Shown here one piece after another: positions 17,007 through 26,869 of a stretch of DNA of 64,000 nucleotides. The position numbers were made by a program, and so were the translations under genes. Source of the DNA: a virus; the IMG/VR virus record IMGVR_UViG_3300027686_001029; one strand, 5' to 3'. How positions within the stretch are numbered: position 1 is the first letter of the stretch; every line of letters starts with the position of its first letter. The notes below the pieces were generated by a model. That model searched no databases. It worked only from the letters and a program-made list of their open reading frames with translations, and was not told where the DNA came from.

Positions 17007-18664
17007 GTTTTTCTGATTAAAAAGTTACCTATAACTAAAAAATTAATTTTAGAAGATATAAACCTCTCTATTGCCTGTTTTGGAGTCATCGTAATAGTTT
17101 GGTCTTTTAGGTTAAAAGATGTATTAAGTACTACTGCTTTATTTGATAACCTACCTACTTGTTTAATAAGGTCATAATATCTTTTATTTTGAGCTTGTGT
17201 TACAGTGTGTACTCTACAGCTACCGTCTATATGTGTTGCTGCAGGTAGGTATTTAGTTTTAGCTTGTACTACTTGATTCATATAGGGAATATTCTCTTTC
17301 ACGTGGAACCACATGGAGGCCTCTTCCTCTATAACAGACGGAGCAAAGGGTCTAAATCCTTCTCGTTCTTTAATAATAAGGTTGAGTCTTTGTCTCATTT
17401 CTGGATCTGATGGAGAGGCTAGGATACTTCTATTACCTAAAGCTCTAGCTCCAAATTCCATTCTACCTTGGAACCATGCTACTATATTTTGATTATTAAT
17501 TAACTCAGCAGTTTTTTGAATTAATTTTGAATCAGATAGTTTAAATGCCTGAATATGCTCTTTATAGTTCTGTATCTCTTTGGAAATTTCTTTATTACTG
17601 TATTCTGGTCCTAAGAATGGATTTGAATTTTCTTCCCTTTTTAACTCCGTTGAAATATTACTAAAGCAAGCTCCAATTGCTGATCCAGCATCTGATGGAG
17701 CATTAGGGATATGGATAGACTTAAAGTACTTATAAGCAAGTGTATTAGCTACACCATTATACGCACAGCCTCCTCCTAAACATAAGTTATTTGATTTAGT
17801 TAAGTATTTTGTTCTTTCTACAAGTTTTAAAAACTGTATCTCATATATTTTTTGTAATGCTGCTGCTAAATCTTTATGTTCTTGAGTAACTTTTTCTTCA
17901 GGTAATCTAGGAGGTAGATCTAAAAGTGAAGCTAGTTTTTTATTAAACATAATTTTATCTGAGTATTCCCATGTAAAGTACTTCTGTTTAATATAGAATT
18001 TATTAGTAGTATTTTCAAATACACTAGCTAACTTCTCTTTATACCTGCTTGGGTCTCCATAAGGTGCTAATCCCATAACTTTATACTCGCCTTCATTAGG
18101 TTTAAAGCCTAGAAACGAAGTAATAGTTGAGTAAAACATACCTAGTGAATTAGGGAAATCAATTGAAACTTTCTTTTCTATTCTATTACCTATACCTAAT
18201 GATACAGTAGCTGTTTCCCATTCTCCTACTCCATCAATAGTTAAAATTGCTGAATCAATATAAGGAGAGGTATAGTAACTATAAGCAGCATGAGAAGCAT
18301 GGTGAGGAGTATATACAATCTCTCCGGTGAATCCCATATTCTGTAAAAGCAACTTAATATCGTGTATTTTTTGCTCTTTAAGAAACTTTCGTCTTTGAAA
18401 ATACGTCCTAAAAAATTTCTTATTAAACGTAGTAAGTACTCTATCTTTTTTAATAATTGGGTCTTCATACCAGCATACTTGATCTATATCTTTTATGGTT
18501 AGTCCTTCTTCTTCTAAACAGAAGTTTATAGCATTAATTGGGAAAGATAAGTCATGTTTAATTTCAGTAAATCTTTCTTCCTCTACTGCTACTTTGACTT
18601 TTCCGTCAATTAGTATACAAGCTGCAGCGTCGTGATAAAATGCGGATATTCCTAATTGCTTCAT
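17003..18664 (-). CDS. Carbamoyltransferase (NodU/CmcH/TobZ family)
   Basis: SAFYHDAAA, EEERF, HHASHA, DGVGE, GGCAYN, EFGARALGNRS, RPFAPS, LNTSFN. Confidence 0.95.
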   Translation of the reverse strand: MKQLGISAFYHDAAACILIDGKVKVAVEEERFTEIKHDLSFPINAINFCLEEEGLTIKDIDQVCWYEDPIIKKDRVLTTFNKKFFRTYFQRRKFLKEQKIHDIKLLLQNMGFTGEIVYTPHHASHAAYSYYTSPYIDSAILTIDGVGEWETATVSLGIGNRIEKKVSIDFPNSLGMFYSTITSFLGFKPNEGEYKVMGLAPYGDPSRYKEKLASVFENTTNKFYIKQKYFTWEYSDKIMFNKKLASLLDLPPRLPEEKVTQEHKDLAAALQKIYEIQFLKLVERTKYLTKSNNLCLGGGCAYNGVANTLAYKYFKSIHIPNAPSDAGSAIGACFSNISTELKREENSNPFLGPEYSNKEISKEIQNYKEHIQAFKLSDSKLIQKTAELINNQNIVAWFQGRMEFGARALGNRSILASPSDPEMRQRLNLIIKEREGFRPFAPSVIEEEASMWFHVKENIPYMNQVVQAKTKYLPAATHIDGSCRVHTVTQAQNKRYYDLIKQVGRLSNKAVVLNTSFNLKDQTITMTPKQAIERFISSKINFLVIGNFLIRKT

Positions 18665-19704
18665 AACAGTTCTGAGAAATTATTGTGAACTTTATCTTGT
18701 GGTAAAATTCTTTTTATAGTATTAACGAAATCTTCATGGTTTCTATGGGAAGTATCAAATATATTATGCTCTTTAAATTCTTCTTCACTAAAAGTACCCC
18801 AATTAATAAGTCTACTAAAGTAAATATCCGATTTTTCTTTACATATACCAACTATTAGCTCAATAAAGTCTTCCATTTCATGATAATTACTATTTTGCAC
18901 AACAAAAGAGGTTTTTATATGTTTTAAGGTAGGAATGGTGTATATATAGTTTAAATTACTTATAAGTTCTTTCCATTTTCCTCCTAACCTTACTTTATTT
19001 TCATAAGTATTTTGAGTAGCTGCATCAATTGATACCTCAGTGCTCTTTACGTATTCATGTACGTTAGACATACTATTCCACATTTTTTTATTCCACTTAG
19101 TAGCGTTAGTATGAAGGTGTATCCAGTAGAGATTTGGATACTTACTTTTATCGAAGTTCTTTAAGAAGTTTCTAAATCCTACTGATACGAAAGGATCACC
19201 GGTTCCTGTTAAAGACAGTAGTTGTACGTACTCTCCTAAACTCTCTTCTATCTCTTCTATAGTCTTTTGTACTTTAGTTATAGTTGACTTATTAGCAGTA
19301 ATAATTTCCACTCTGCAGGTAGGGCATTTTAAATTGCAGGTATAATCAAAGGAATATTGAACCGTATTAGGGTATATAGGTTTACCTTGTTTATAGTCGT
19401 TAATTGTATTTTGTAAAGTATCAGGTAGCTTCCCTCTGTCTACCATTGGACGGATCACTTTAGGTGCAGTTTTGTCTCTTAAGCCGGAAAGTAGTGAACA
19501 AAGATTTTCATCACAGTACCTATAAGAACCATCGAGAATAGAATCTCGAATTTCATTCGCTTCTTTAGAGTTCCAAGCTTCTAATGGTGATATGTTTTCT
19601 GGTAATTTTTTGCTAACCCAAGCAGGGCAACATAAAAAACTTGTTTTATCATGGACTTCTAAATTTACGAAAGGATTTGCACATATATAATCCTTTTTAT
19701 TCAT
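18661..19704 (-). CDS. Radical SAM protein with N-terminal Cys-rich auxiliary (SPASM/twitch-like) domain
   Basis: CNLKCPTC, GTGDPF, TNAT; N-terminal CANPF..CC..C. Confidence 0.88.
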   Translation of the reverse strand: MNKKDYICANPFVNLEVHDKTSFLCCPAWVSKKLPENISPLEAWNSKEANEIRDSILDGSYRYCDENLCSLLSGLRDKTAPKVIRPMVDRGKLPDTLQNTINDYKQGKPIYPNTVQYSFDYTCNLKCPTCRVEIITANKSTITKVQKTIEEIEESLGEYVQLLSLTGTGDPFVSVGFRNFLKNFDKSKYPNLYWIHLHTNATKWNKKMWNSMSNVHEYVKSTEVSIDAATQNTYENKVRLGGKWKELISNLNYIYTIPTLKHIKTSFVVQNSNYHEMEDFIELIVGICKEKSDIYFSRLINWGTFSEEEFKEHNIFDTSHRNHEDFVNTIKRILPQDKVHNNFSELL

Positions 19705-20473
19705 GTATAAAGTATAAATCTTTACTTATAAATAACTTTATATAGTCATTTAAATCTTTTTGTTTAAAATGAGTTTCAAATTTTGCGTTAGATACTAAAG
19801 GCTCATACTTCTTAATATAAGCCTCTAGCGTTGTACCTTGATTTAAAAAATAATGCATTACAGGCGTTTCATCGCTTACTATTTCAATATCTTCTTCTTG
19901 ATTTATTCTAATAAATTCCTCAGCTATGCTTAGATCTGAGCAGTATACAAAGGATGTGTTAGGAACTACTACGTTGTTTGCCCATTGCCAATTATATTTC
20001 TGGAGTACAGATTGGTGTTTATGTAAGTATTTTATATCTTCCCTGCTTATATCTTTCCATTCTTTAAGAACATACTCTTCGTAGTTATTAGGAAAACAAT
20101 AAAGAGGTATTTGAAGTTTACTGTTTTGCTCTTCTAACCTACTATAAAAATTAAAATCAAGTGGTTTCTGTTGGTAAATATCCCAGTCAAGAAATATAAT
20201 TTGTTCGTATAGCTCTACTCCAGTCTTTATAGCTACAAGCTTATGCAGGAAAAAAGTATGTGATTCATAGAAGTAGTGTGTTCCGTACTCATAAGGATCT
20301 TTAGACATTAATATAGCTTCATACCCAAAAGATTTAATAAAATCATAATTGCTTTCGCCCCATACGAACACTACTTCATCAAATCTTTGTTCTTTAGAGC
20401 ATCTTATAATTTCTTTTCTTGGTTTACTATCATGATGTTCTAAATCTCCCCATAGGGCTCTAATAAATTTCAT
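19697..20473 (-). CDS. Putative nucleotide-diphospho-sugar transferase-like protein
   Basis: HKL....IIFLDWD and PNTSFVY, shared with 58957 and 59898. Confidence 0.55.
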   Translation of the reverse strand: MKFIRALWGDLEHHDSKPRKEIIRCSKEQRFDEVVFVWGESNYDFIKSFGYEAILMSKDPYEYGTHYFYESHTFFLHKLVAIKTGVELYEQIIFLDWDIYQQKPLDFNFYSRLEEQNSKLQIPLYCFPNNYEEYVLKEWKDISREDIKYLHKHQSVLQKYNWQWANNVVVPNTSFVYCSDLSIAEEFIRINQEEDIEIVSDETPVMHYFLNQGTTLEAYIKKYEPLVSNAKFETHFKQKDLNDYIKLFISKDLYFIHE

Positions 20474-20501
20474 ATGATAGATTTAAGTATTTCCCAATAA
20501 T

Positions 20502-21317
20502 TTAAGAATAACCTAATTCTGCAGCAGTACTGTAGTCGACTAGTATTTTTTCTACATGTGCTTTCGCAACATTATAATCAACCGGTCCAGTTTCGTTCTC
20601 GTACTGTACAGGGTCATCCACACCGAGTGCGATAAAAGCTTCAATCCTTTCAACAGATGATGCTGATTTGTAATCGCTATTACCGCTAGGATAGGGCTTA
20701 TAAGAAGTATTAGTACGTTTGTACACTTCATTAAAAACAATTCCGAGCTCTTCAACCAATTGTTGTCCATCTTTTAATATTCCAAATTTGTCTGTTTCTA
20801 AATAAGGTGTAAAATACCCTACCTTATCTGCTTCCCAATTACCTAATCTAAAGGCATTGTCATCTGCATCTCTAAACTCTTGTCTACAGTCTGGATATAC
20901 TGCATGATCACCTGCATGTATACCTAATGCAATATCTGTATTATTACCATTAGCCATTGCTTCTGATAGAGCTACTGCTTGTACTAACGAAGCAAATATT
21001 TTGTTTCTATTAGGTACTACTGTAGCTTTCATGTTATCCTGTTCATAATGACCTTCAGGTACATCTGCTCCTCCTTCAGTAAGTGCTGAATTTAGTAAGT
21101 TTACTAATCCGTCTAGTTTAATTACCTGGTACTTGATACCAAAATCTTTCTCATTTAGGTAATCTACTAACGATTGTGCTCTTTCAAGCTCTACTTTATG
21201 CTTTTGACCGTAATCGAAAGATATTGCAGTTACATTGTCATACTCTGATAAACATCTGAGTAGTAAAGTAGAGGAATCCATCCCTCCCGATAAGGATATT
21301 ACAACATTTTTTGCCAT
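20502..21317 (-). CDS. queC: 7-cyano-7-deazaguanine synthase (variant lacking the zinc-site Cys)
   Basis: SLSGGMDSS, FDYGQKH, VPNRN, GIHAGD..YPDCR. Confidence 0.92.
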   Translation of the reverse strand: MAKNVVISLSGGMDSSTLLLRCLSEYDNVTAISFDYGQKHKVELERAQSLVDYLNEKDFGIKYQVIKLDGLVNLLNSALTEGGADVPEGHYEQDNMKATVVPNRNKIFASLVQAVALSEAMANGNNTDIALGIHAGDHAVYPDCRQEFRDADDNAFRLGNWEADKVGYFTPYLETDKFGILKDGQQLVEELGIVFNEVYKRTNTSYKPYPSGNSDYKSASSVERIEAFIALGVDDPVQYENETGPVDYNVAKAHVEKILVDYSTAAELGYS

Positions 21318-21372
21318 TTGTATAAATTTAATTTTTGCCAGGTATTAATAAGGATATAGGCGAATCCTATTT

Positions 21373-21675
21373 TTAAAAGTTAAATCTACTACTTATCTCG
21401 TTATGTATAGTTTCATATCTATTAACATATTGATTTAAATCGTATACTTTACTTTCTCCATTATTAAGTCTCTCTTTTACTACTGTTTTTAAAGCAGCAT
21501 TGAAGTTAGAAGGGTAGCTAATAGTTTTAATATACTCTGTTTTATTCTCTCCCTTAATAACTCTTTCGTAGACTGTATAACCTCCTGATTGAGATTTAGC
21601 AATAAAAAAAGGTTCCATTACTTTATCTTGTATAACTGTATCCCCAGAAGGAATACTATTTGGGTTTCTTAACAT
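21373..21675 (-). CDS. Hypothetical protein
   Basis: ORF in operon. Confidence 0.65.
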   Translation of the reverse strand: MLRNPNSIPSGDTVIQDKVMEPFFIAKSQSGGYTVYERVIKGENKTEYIKTISYPSNFNAALKTVVKERLNNGESKVYDLNQYVNRYETIHNEISSRFNF

Positions 21676-21679
21676 ATTA

Positions 21680-21940
21680 TTACGTGTTTATTAGTTTAAT
21701 TAATGCATTTTTATCTAATCTACCTTGTACTAAATTAACTCTATTATCCTCTTTAATTATTAAAGTAGCAGGAATATTAGAGACTTTATATTTAGCAGCA
21801 AAACCTGTAGTATCTTTATCAATATTTACTTCAGAAAATTCATGTTCATCTTTTAACTCTTCTGCAACTATACTAAAAGTCTTCGCATACAGTTTACAGG
21901 GGCCACACCAATTGGCGTATACTTTAATTACCTTTGCCAT
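21680..21940 (-). CDS. trxA: Thioredoxin
   Basis: WCGPC active site, IPA cis-Pro motif. Confidence 0.93.
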   Translation of the reverse strand: MAKVIKVYANWCGPCKLYAKTFSIVAEELKDEHEFSEVNIDKDTTGFAAKYKVSNIPATLIIKEDNRVNLVQGRLDKNALIKLINT

Positions 21941-21945
21941 AATTA

Positions 21946-22074
21946 TTATTTTTTATTGTAAGTGTCTGCTTTAGAGAAGCGTTTTTGTCTACTTTCAGTT
22001 TTAACAGTTGGTCTATTTACTGCTAACCATTCTTTGAGTTGAGTAATTCTTTGTTTTGCGGAGTTTCTTGACAT
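21946..22074 (-). CDS. Small basic protein, 42 aa, not in ORF track
   Basis: MSRNSAKQRITQLKEWLAVNRPTVK...; lies between a promoter and the thioredoxin gene. Confidence 0.55.
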   Translation of the reverse strand: MSRNSAKQRITQLKEWLAVNRPTVKTESRQKRFSKADTYNKK

Positions 22075-22096
22075 ATTTATAACTTATTTGTTTATA

Positions 22097-22127
22097 TTAA
22101 TATACGAAATAATTATTAATCTATCAA
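22097..22127 (-). promoter_or_regulatory. Bacteroidota-type sigma-A promoter
   Basis: TTG-N20-TATATTAA. Confidence 0.7.
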
Positions 22128-22657
22128 CTAAATCTACCGTAAAATTGACTTGATCCAGTAAATGTAGTTAAAGTGATAGATAGTGGGTTATCTGTAGATA
22201 CTGCTGAACCTCCTGAACTTGCATGAAACCATCCACCAAAGGTTGTTGGATATACTGGGTTAGCTTTTATAGTAAAGTTAGGATATGTATTAAAATTAAC
22301 TTTTTGAGCAATTGAACTAGTAACTGGTCCGGCTGCAATGGGATAGGTTACTTCAACAGTAGAGTTCCTACCGCTTGAATCTGTAGCAAATACATCAAAG
22401 TATCTAGTTGCAGGGTTAGCATTTCCTATAACATTTAAACTACCAGTTGTATTAATACATGCATTGTCTTTTGATCGTCCCCAAAATACATTATAAGCAT
22501 CAGGTATATCATTTATTGTAACGCCTGAACCTGTTAATGCTGAAGCAGAAACTATCGTTATTAGGTTACTAGCAGTAATAGCAGTATGGTATATTTCTAT
22601 AGTTGTTAAATCGAAACCTAATGATCCACTTTCTCGTATGTTAATTGACTTGCTCAT
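22124..22657 (-). CDS. Putative virion beta-rich protein with C-terminal InlB-B-repeat-like domain
   Basis: Ser/Thr-rich; C-terminal TIKANP.YP.TF.GW...GGS..FYGRFS is similar to the protein at 60818. Confidence 0.5.
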   Translation of the reverse strand: MSKSINIRESGSLGFDLTTIEIYHTAITASNLITIVSASALTGSGVTINDIPDAYNVFWGRSKDNACINTTGSLNVIGNANPATRYFDVFATDSSGRNSTVEVTYPIAAGPVTSSIAQKVNFNTYPNFTIKANPVYPTTFGGWFHASSGGSAVSTDNPLSITLTTFTGSSQFYGRFS

Positions 22658-22679
22658 ATAATATAAATAGCTTATTTAT

Positions 22680-24395
22680 TTAACCATCACAGCTTAAACA
22701 GTTCTCATCCGTTCTACTTCCAATGTCTCCGTTGATTACACTATCAGTACGTAGGTAATATAGTGTTTTTATTCCTAATCTCCAAGCTGTTTGATGTACT
22801 TCGTTAATAAACTTAGGACTATCCGTAGGATCGAAAGCTAAATTAAGAGATTGTGTTTGATCTATATACTTTTGTCTAGCTGCTGCCTGTTCTACTAACT
22901 GCAATTGATTTATTTCTGCAAAAGTAAGAAATATAGGTTTATCTTCATGTGGCATAACACTTTCAGGTAGATTAGCTATAGACCCTCTATCTTTCATTAT
23001 TTGATCCCATACTTCTTCTGTGTTTGATCCTTTTCCTTCAAGGTAAGACTCTAAAGCTGAGTTTTTTCTTATAAATGTTCCTTTAGCTGAATTAAACGTA
23101 AATATGTTAGCTGGTATTGGTTCGATTCCTGCAGATATTCCTCCTACGATCGTACTATTAGAAACTGTTGGTGCTATAGCTAGAGTATGGGTATTTCTCA
23201 TTCCAGTTCCTCTACACCAAAGAGGTTCCCCGTACTCGTCTGCTAACTTTCTTGAAGCTGCTTCTGATTGGTTTTTTATTTGTGAAAATATCTGATGAGT
23301 ATAAGAGGTAGCAGCTAAAGATGCGAAAGGAATTCTTTCGTTCTGTAAGAATGTATGCCATCCCAGTACTCCGAGTCCAATAGCTCTTCCTTTTTTAGCT
23401 GATCTTGCTGCTCTTACTAGTGATTCTCTTCCTGATACTTTATCAAGAAACTCTTCTAGTACTCCGTCTAAAAAGTATATAGCAGTTTCTATTAAATCGC
23501 TATTTTTCCATTCATGCCATTTAGTTAGATTAACTGAAGATAAACAGCATATAAACGAATGCTCTTCGTCTGTGTGGAGTGTAATCTCTGAGCATATATT
23601 AGTCATACTTACATCCAAGTTGTTCTTTTTATATGCAGCAGGATTTGCATTATTAACATTATCCTTAAACATAATATAGGGTTCACCTGTTTCCATTCGA
23701 GACTTCAGTATAGTCACCCATAATTCCATTGCATCAGGGTCTCTATGCTCTAATTTTTGCATATATGTATCATCCACTACAACACATTGATGTAGGTTTA
23801 GACACTGTCTATTAGGGTCTCCTTTAGGTCTTCTTATCTCTAGAAACTCTTTAATATCTGGATGATTAATGTCTAGGTTTACAGAAGCGGCTCCTCTTCT
23901 TACTGCACCTTGATTAGTTGCAATAATAGTAGAATCATAAATCTTTGCCCAAGGAATAACTCCTTCTGATTGTCCTATTCCTTCTCTTCCGATCTGTTCT
24001 CCTCTACCTCTTACTTTAGATAGTCCAATTCCAACTCCTCCTCCTAAAGAAGTAAGTCTCATTAGTTCAGCATTAGTAAGACCTATTCCTCTTATTGAAT
24101 CTGGGGTATCTATACCGAAACAAGAGATTGGGAGTCCCTTATCTGTACCGGTATTAGATAAAACAGGTGAGGCTAAGTTCAACCAACCTTTCCACATATA
24201 GCGGAAAAACTTATTCGCTAGATCAGGTCGATCTAATCTTTTGGCAATTGTATCTGCAACACGTTTATATGCCTTTTTTGGAGTTTCGTCCGGTAGTAAG
24301 TAACCTTTCGATATTGTTGCTAATGAAACTTCATTCATCCACTCAGGATAATCTTTACCTACCTCCCAAGTTGCAGTGTCTACGTCTATTCCCAT
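22680..24395 (-). CDS. nrdA: Class Ia ribonucleotide reductase alpha subunit
   Basis: ASPVLSN, PISCF, GGGVG, TNICSEI, CCLSS, LAIAPT, TLYYLR, C-terminal CLSC. Confidence 0.95.
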   Translation of the reverse strand: MGIDVDTATWEVGKDYPEWMNEVSLATISKGYLLPDETPKKAYKRVADTIAKRLDRPDLANKFFRYMWKGWLNLASPVLSNTGTDKGLPISCFGIDTPDSIRGIGLTNAELMRLTSLGGGVGIGLSKVRGRGEQIGREGIGQSEGVIPWAKIYDSTIIATNQGAVRRGAASVNLDINHPDIKEFLEIRRPKGDPNRQCLNLHQCVVVDDTYMQKLEHRDPDAMELWVTILKSRMETGEPYIMFKDNVNNANPAAYKKNNLDVSMTNICSEITLHTDEEHSFICCLSSVNLTKWHEWKNSDLIETAIYFLDGVLEEFLDKVSGRESLVRAARSAKKGRAIGLGVLGWHTFLQNERIPFASLAATSYTHQIFSQIKNQSEAASRKLADEYGEPLWCRGTGMRNTHTLAIAPTVSNSTIVGGISAGIEPIPANIFTFNSAKGTFIRKNSALESYLEGKGSNTEEVWDQIMKDRGSIANLPESVMPHEDKPIFLTFAEINQLQLVEQAAARQKYIDQTQSLNLAFDPTDSPKFINEVHQTAWRLGIKTLYYLRTDSVINGDIGSRTDENCLSCDG

Positions 24396-24403
24396 AATTT
24401 ATT

Positions 24404-25381
24404 TTAAAATGCTGTTGACCAGTCTAAATGACCTTTACTATAATTTGTTACTCTACTTGCAAAGAAATCTGTTTGTTGTTTACCTGCGATGACTGCATCA
24501 AACCATTTCATAGTTTTTAATGCTCCTTTATCAATATCTTCTGATGGAATAATAGGTGTTAGCCCTAAGTCACTCATTTTGATATTAACTCTATGTCTAA
24601 TAAAGTTTTTTAATTCGTCTTTAGTTAAATTTTCTAAATCTCCCATTTCGAATGTCTTATCAATAAAGTCAAATTCTAATTTTATTGCTAATAGTGCTGC
24701 TTCTTCTATTTCTTTAATTAACTTTTTAGTTTTGAATTCAGGATGCTCCTCCATTAAAGTTCTAAATAACCAACATCCAGCGTTAGAGTGTAAAGATTCA
24801 TCTCTCACTGACCATTCTACTATTTGTCCTACTCCTTTTAACTTATTTCTCATTTTAAAAGAAAGTAAAACAGCAAAGGAAGAAAATAAATTAACACCTT
24901 CTGTAAATGCAGAAAAAATTGCAAGTGATTTAGCTCTTTCATGCCAGTTTGCAGTACCATCATGATTATCTCTAACATTCATTAAAGATTCTATTTTAGC
25001 CATAGTAGCTTCATCTTGTAGGAATTCTGAGAAGTCATCTAATCCTAATTGCTCATTTAGTAAAGAGTATGCCTCAGCATGAATAGTTTCTGATGAACCT
25101 AAAGTTGTGCCCATCATAATTATTTCAGGTTTTCTGAACCATTTAGTTACTAAGGTAGACCAGTAGTCGTTTACTATAGTTTCAGTTTGTGCAAATCCTT
25201 TTAGTATTTGACCTATTACGTTTTTTTCGTATGGTTTTAAATTACTTTTCCAGTCTGTTACATCATTTGCCATTGGTACCTCTGTATGTAGCCAGTGTGC
25301 TTGTTGTTGTTTTAACCAGTAGTCGTATGCCTGTGGGTATTCAAACGGTTTATAAACAATTCTTTCATTAAGTAAACTCAT
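24404..25381 (-). CDS. nrdB: Class Ia ribonucleotide reductase beta subunit
   Basis: WLHTE, ETIHAEAY, FTEG..LFSSF, RDESLH, DFF...VTNY. Confidence 0.95.
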   Translation of the reverse strand: MSLLNERIVYKPFEYPQAYDYWLKQQQAHWLHTEVPMANDVTDWKSNLKPYEKNVIGQILKGFAQTETIVNDYWSTLVTKWFRKPEIIMMGTTLGSSETIHAEAYSLLNEQLGLDDFSEFLQDEATMAKIESLMNVRDNHDGTANWHERAKSLAIFSAFTEGVNLFSSFAVLLSFKMRNKLKGVGQIVEWSVRDESLHSNAGCWLFRTLMEEHPEFKTKKLIKEIEEAALLAIKLEFDFIDKTFEMGDLENLTKDELKNFIRHRVNIKMSDLGLTPIIPSEDIDKGALKTMKWFDAVIAGKQQTDFFASRVTNYSKGHLDWSTAF

Positions 25382-25487
25382 ATATCTTTATATATTATTG
25401 ATTGATTTAGACAAGAAATCCTCGATAATCTTTGACTGTCGAGGACATTTAATAAATAGAATATATATTCTACTTTCGCCCTAAAAA

Positions 25488-26840
25488 TTATAGTTTTTTA
25501 TCAAATACTTTATTCATTACATCTTTATCCAAATTATACTTCGGAGTATTTTCATCAGCAATTAAATCTTGTGCTGACATTTTCTCTAAAAATTCTATCC
25601 TACCGTTATTAGTATCCATTTTTATGTTATAAGTCATACCGTCTTGGCCGTATCTATTTTTCATGACGTGTATTCTTCCTGTTCCAAGTACTTTATCTTC
25701 TTTCTGACGTGATAAGGATATACATAGGTCTGCTACCATCATCTTATCGTAAGATCCTGCTGCTTTATCTCCTTCTATAATTGTATCTTTAGCTCCCATT
25801 CTATTAACTTGGGAAGGAGTAATAATAGGTATTTTTAATTCCTTAGCTAATCCTTTAGTTGCAATAAATACATCATCAATTTCATCTTTACGTTCTGCAA
25901 ACTTATTTCCTTTAGAGGGTGCTCGTAAGTAGTCTACATAGTCAATAACAACTAAGTCTGGTTTATGTTCCATATCCATACATTTTTGAATGTGTGACTT
26001 AATAGTGTTAACTGTAGCTCCTTTTGGAGGGTACTCCTTAACTATTAACTTACCTTTAAGGTTATCTACGTACTTCTGTACTTCCTCACGGTGTTGATTA
26101 ACTTCATCGATAGAGTATCCTGTAAAATAGCAGTCAAAGCGCTTGCCAACGTAGTCTTCTCCGAGTTCCAAAGTGTAATAATTAACGTTGTACCCAAGGC
26201 TAACAGCGTGAGCAGCAATAGCAACCATAGTCCACGACTTACCGCCACCAGGATTACCAAATACAATACCAAGGTCCCCAGGTCCGAACCCTCCTTGAAT
26301 AGCATCGTTAAAGATAGGCCAAGGAGTAGCAACAGTAGGACGATAGTCAGTTCTATACCGCGTTTCAACATCTTTATTATATTCATGTCCAATATTTTTA
26401 TCCATCCCGGCTTTCATTGCAGTTTCGATTGTATTTCTTATACCGTCGAAATCACCAGCTTTTAATAAGTCTGCTGAGTTAAGGATAGCGTGTTTCATTT
26501 CTTGATTCTTACAGAAAGTTGTAAATTCTTCCTGTACATATTCTAAGTCATCTTGAGATGCCTCATAAGAAGTTCTTAATTCTTCTTTTAATGCAACTAT
26601 CAACACTTCGTTTTCAACTTTTTGTAGCTCTACTTTGAGTACATCCATTGTTACAACGGTGTGGTACTTATCAAAGTATTCTGTAATCTTATTAATAATC
26701 CACTTATGTGAATCTGCATCAAAATACTCCTCTCTAATTGTATCTCTAACATTTAAAAGAAAGGTCTTATCCGTAAGGAGAGAACCTAAAACTTTTAACT
26801 GGAAACCTTTACCGTACTCTTGAAGTCTTTTTAATGTCAT
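25488..26840 (-). CDS. dnaB: DnaB-like replicative helicase
   Basis: Walker A GNPGGGKS, LELGE, VIDYVD, SQVNR, KNRYG. Confidence 0.92.
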   Translation of the reverse strand: MTLKRLQEYGKGFQLKVLGSLLTDKTFLLNVRDTIREEYFDADSHKWIINKITEYFDKYHTVVTMDVLKVELQKVENEVLIVALKEELRTSYEASQDDLEYVQEEFTTFCKNQEMKHAILNSADLLKAGDFDGIRNTIETAMKAGMDKNIGHEYNKDVETRYRTDYRPTVATPWPIFNDAIQGGFGPGDLGIVFGNPGGGKSWTMVAIAAHAVSLGYNVNYYTLELGEDYVGKRFDCYFTGYSIDEVNQHREEVQKYVDNLKGKLIVKEYPPKGATVNTIKSHIQKCMDMEHKPDLVVIDYVDYLRAPSKGNKFAERKDEIDDVFIATKGLAKELKIPIITPSQVNRMGAKDTIIEGDKAAGSYDKMMVADLCISLSRQKEDKVLGTGRIHVMKNRYGQDGMTYNIKMDTNNGRIEFLEKMSAQDLIADENTPKYNLDKDVMNKVFDKKL

Positions 26841-26869
26841 ATAACCGTTTTATTATTCTATAAATATAA

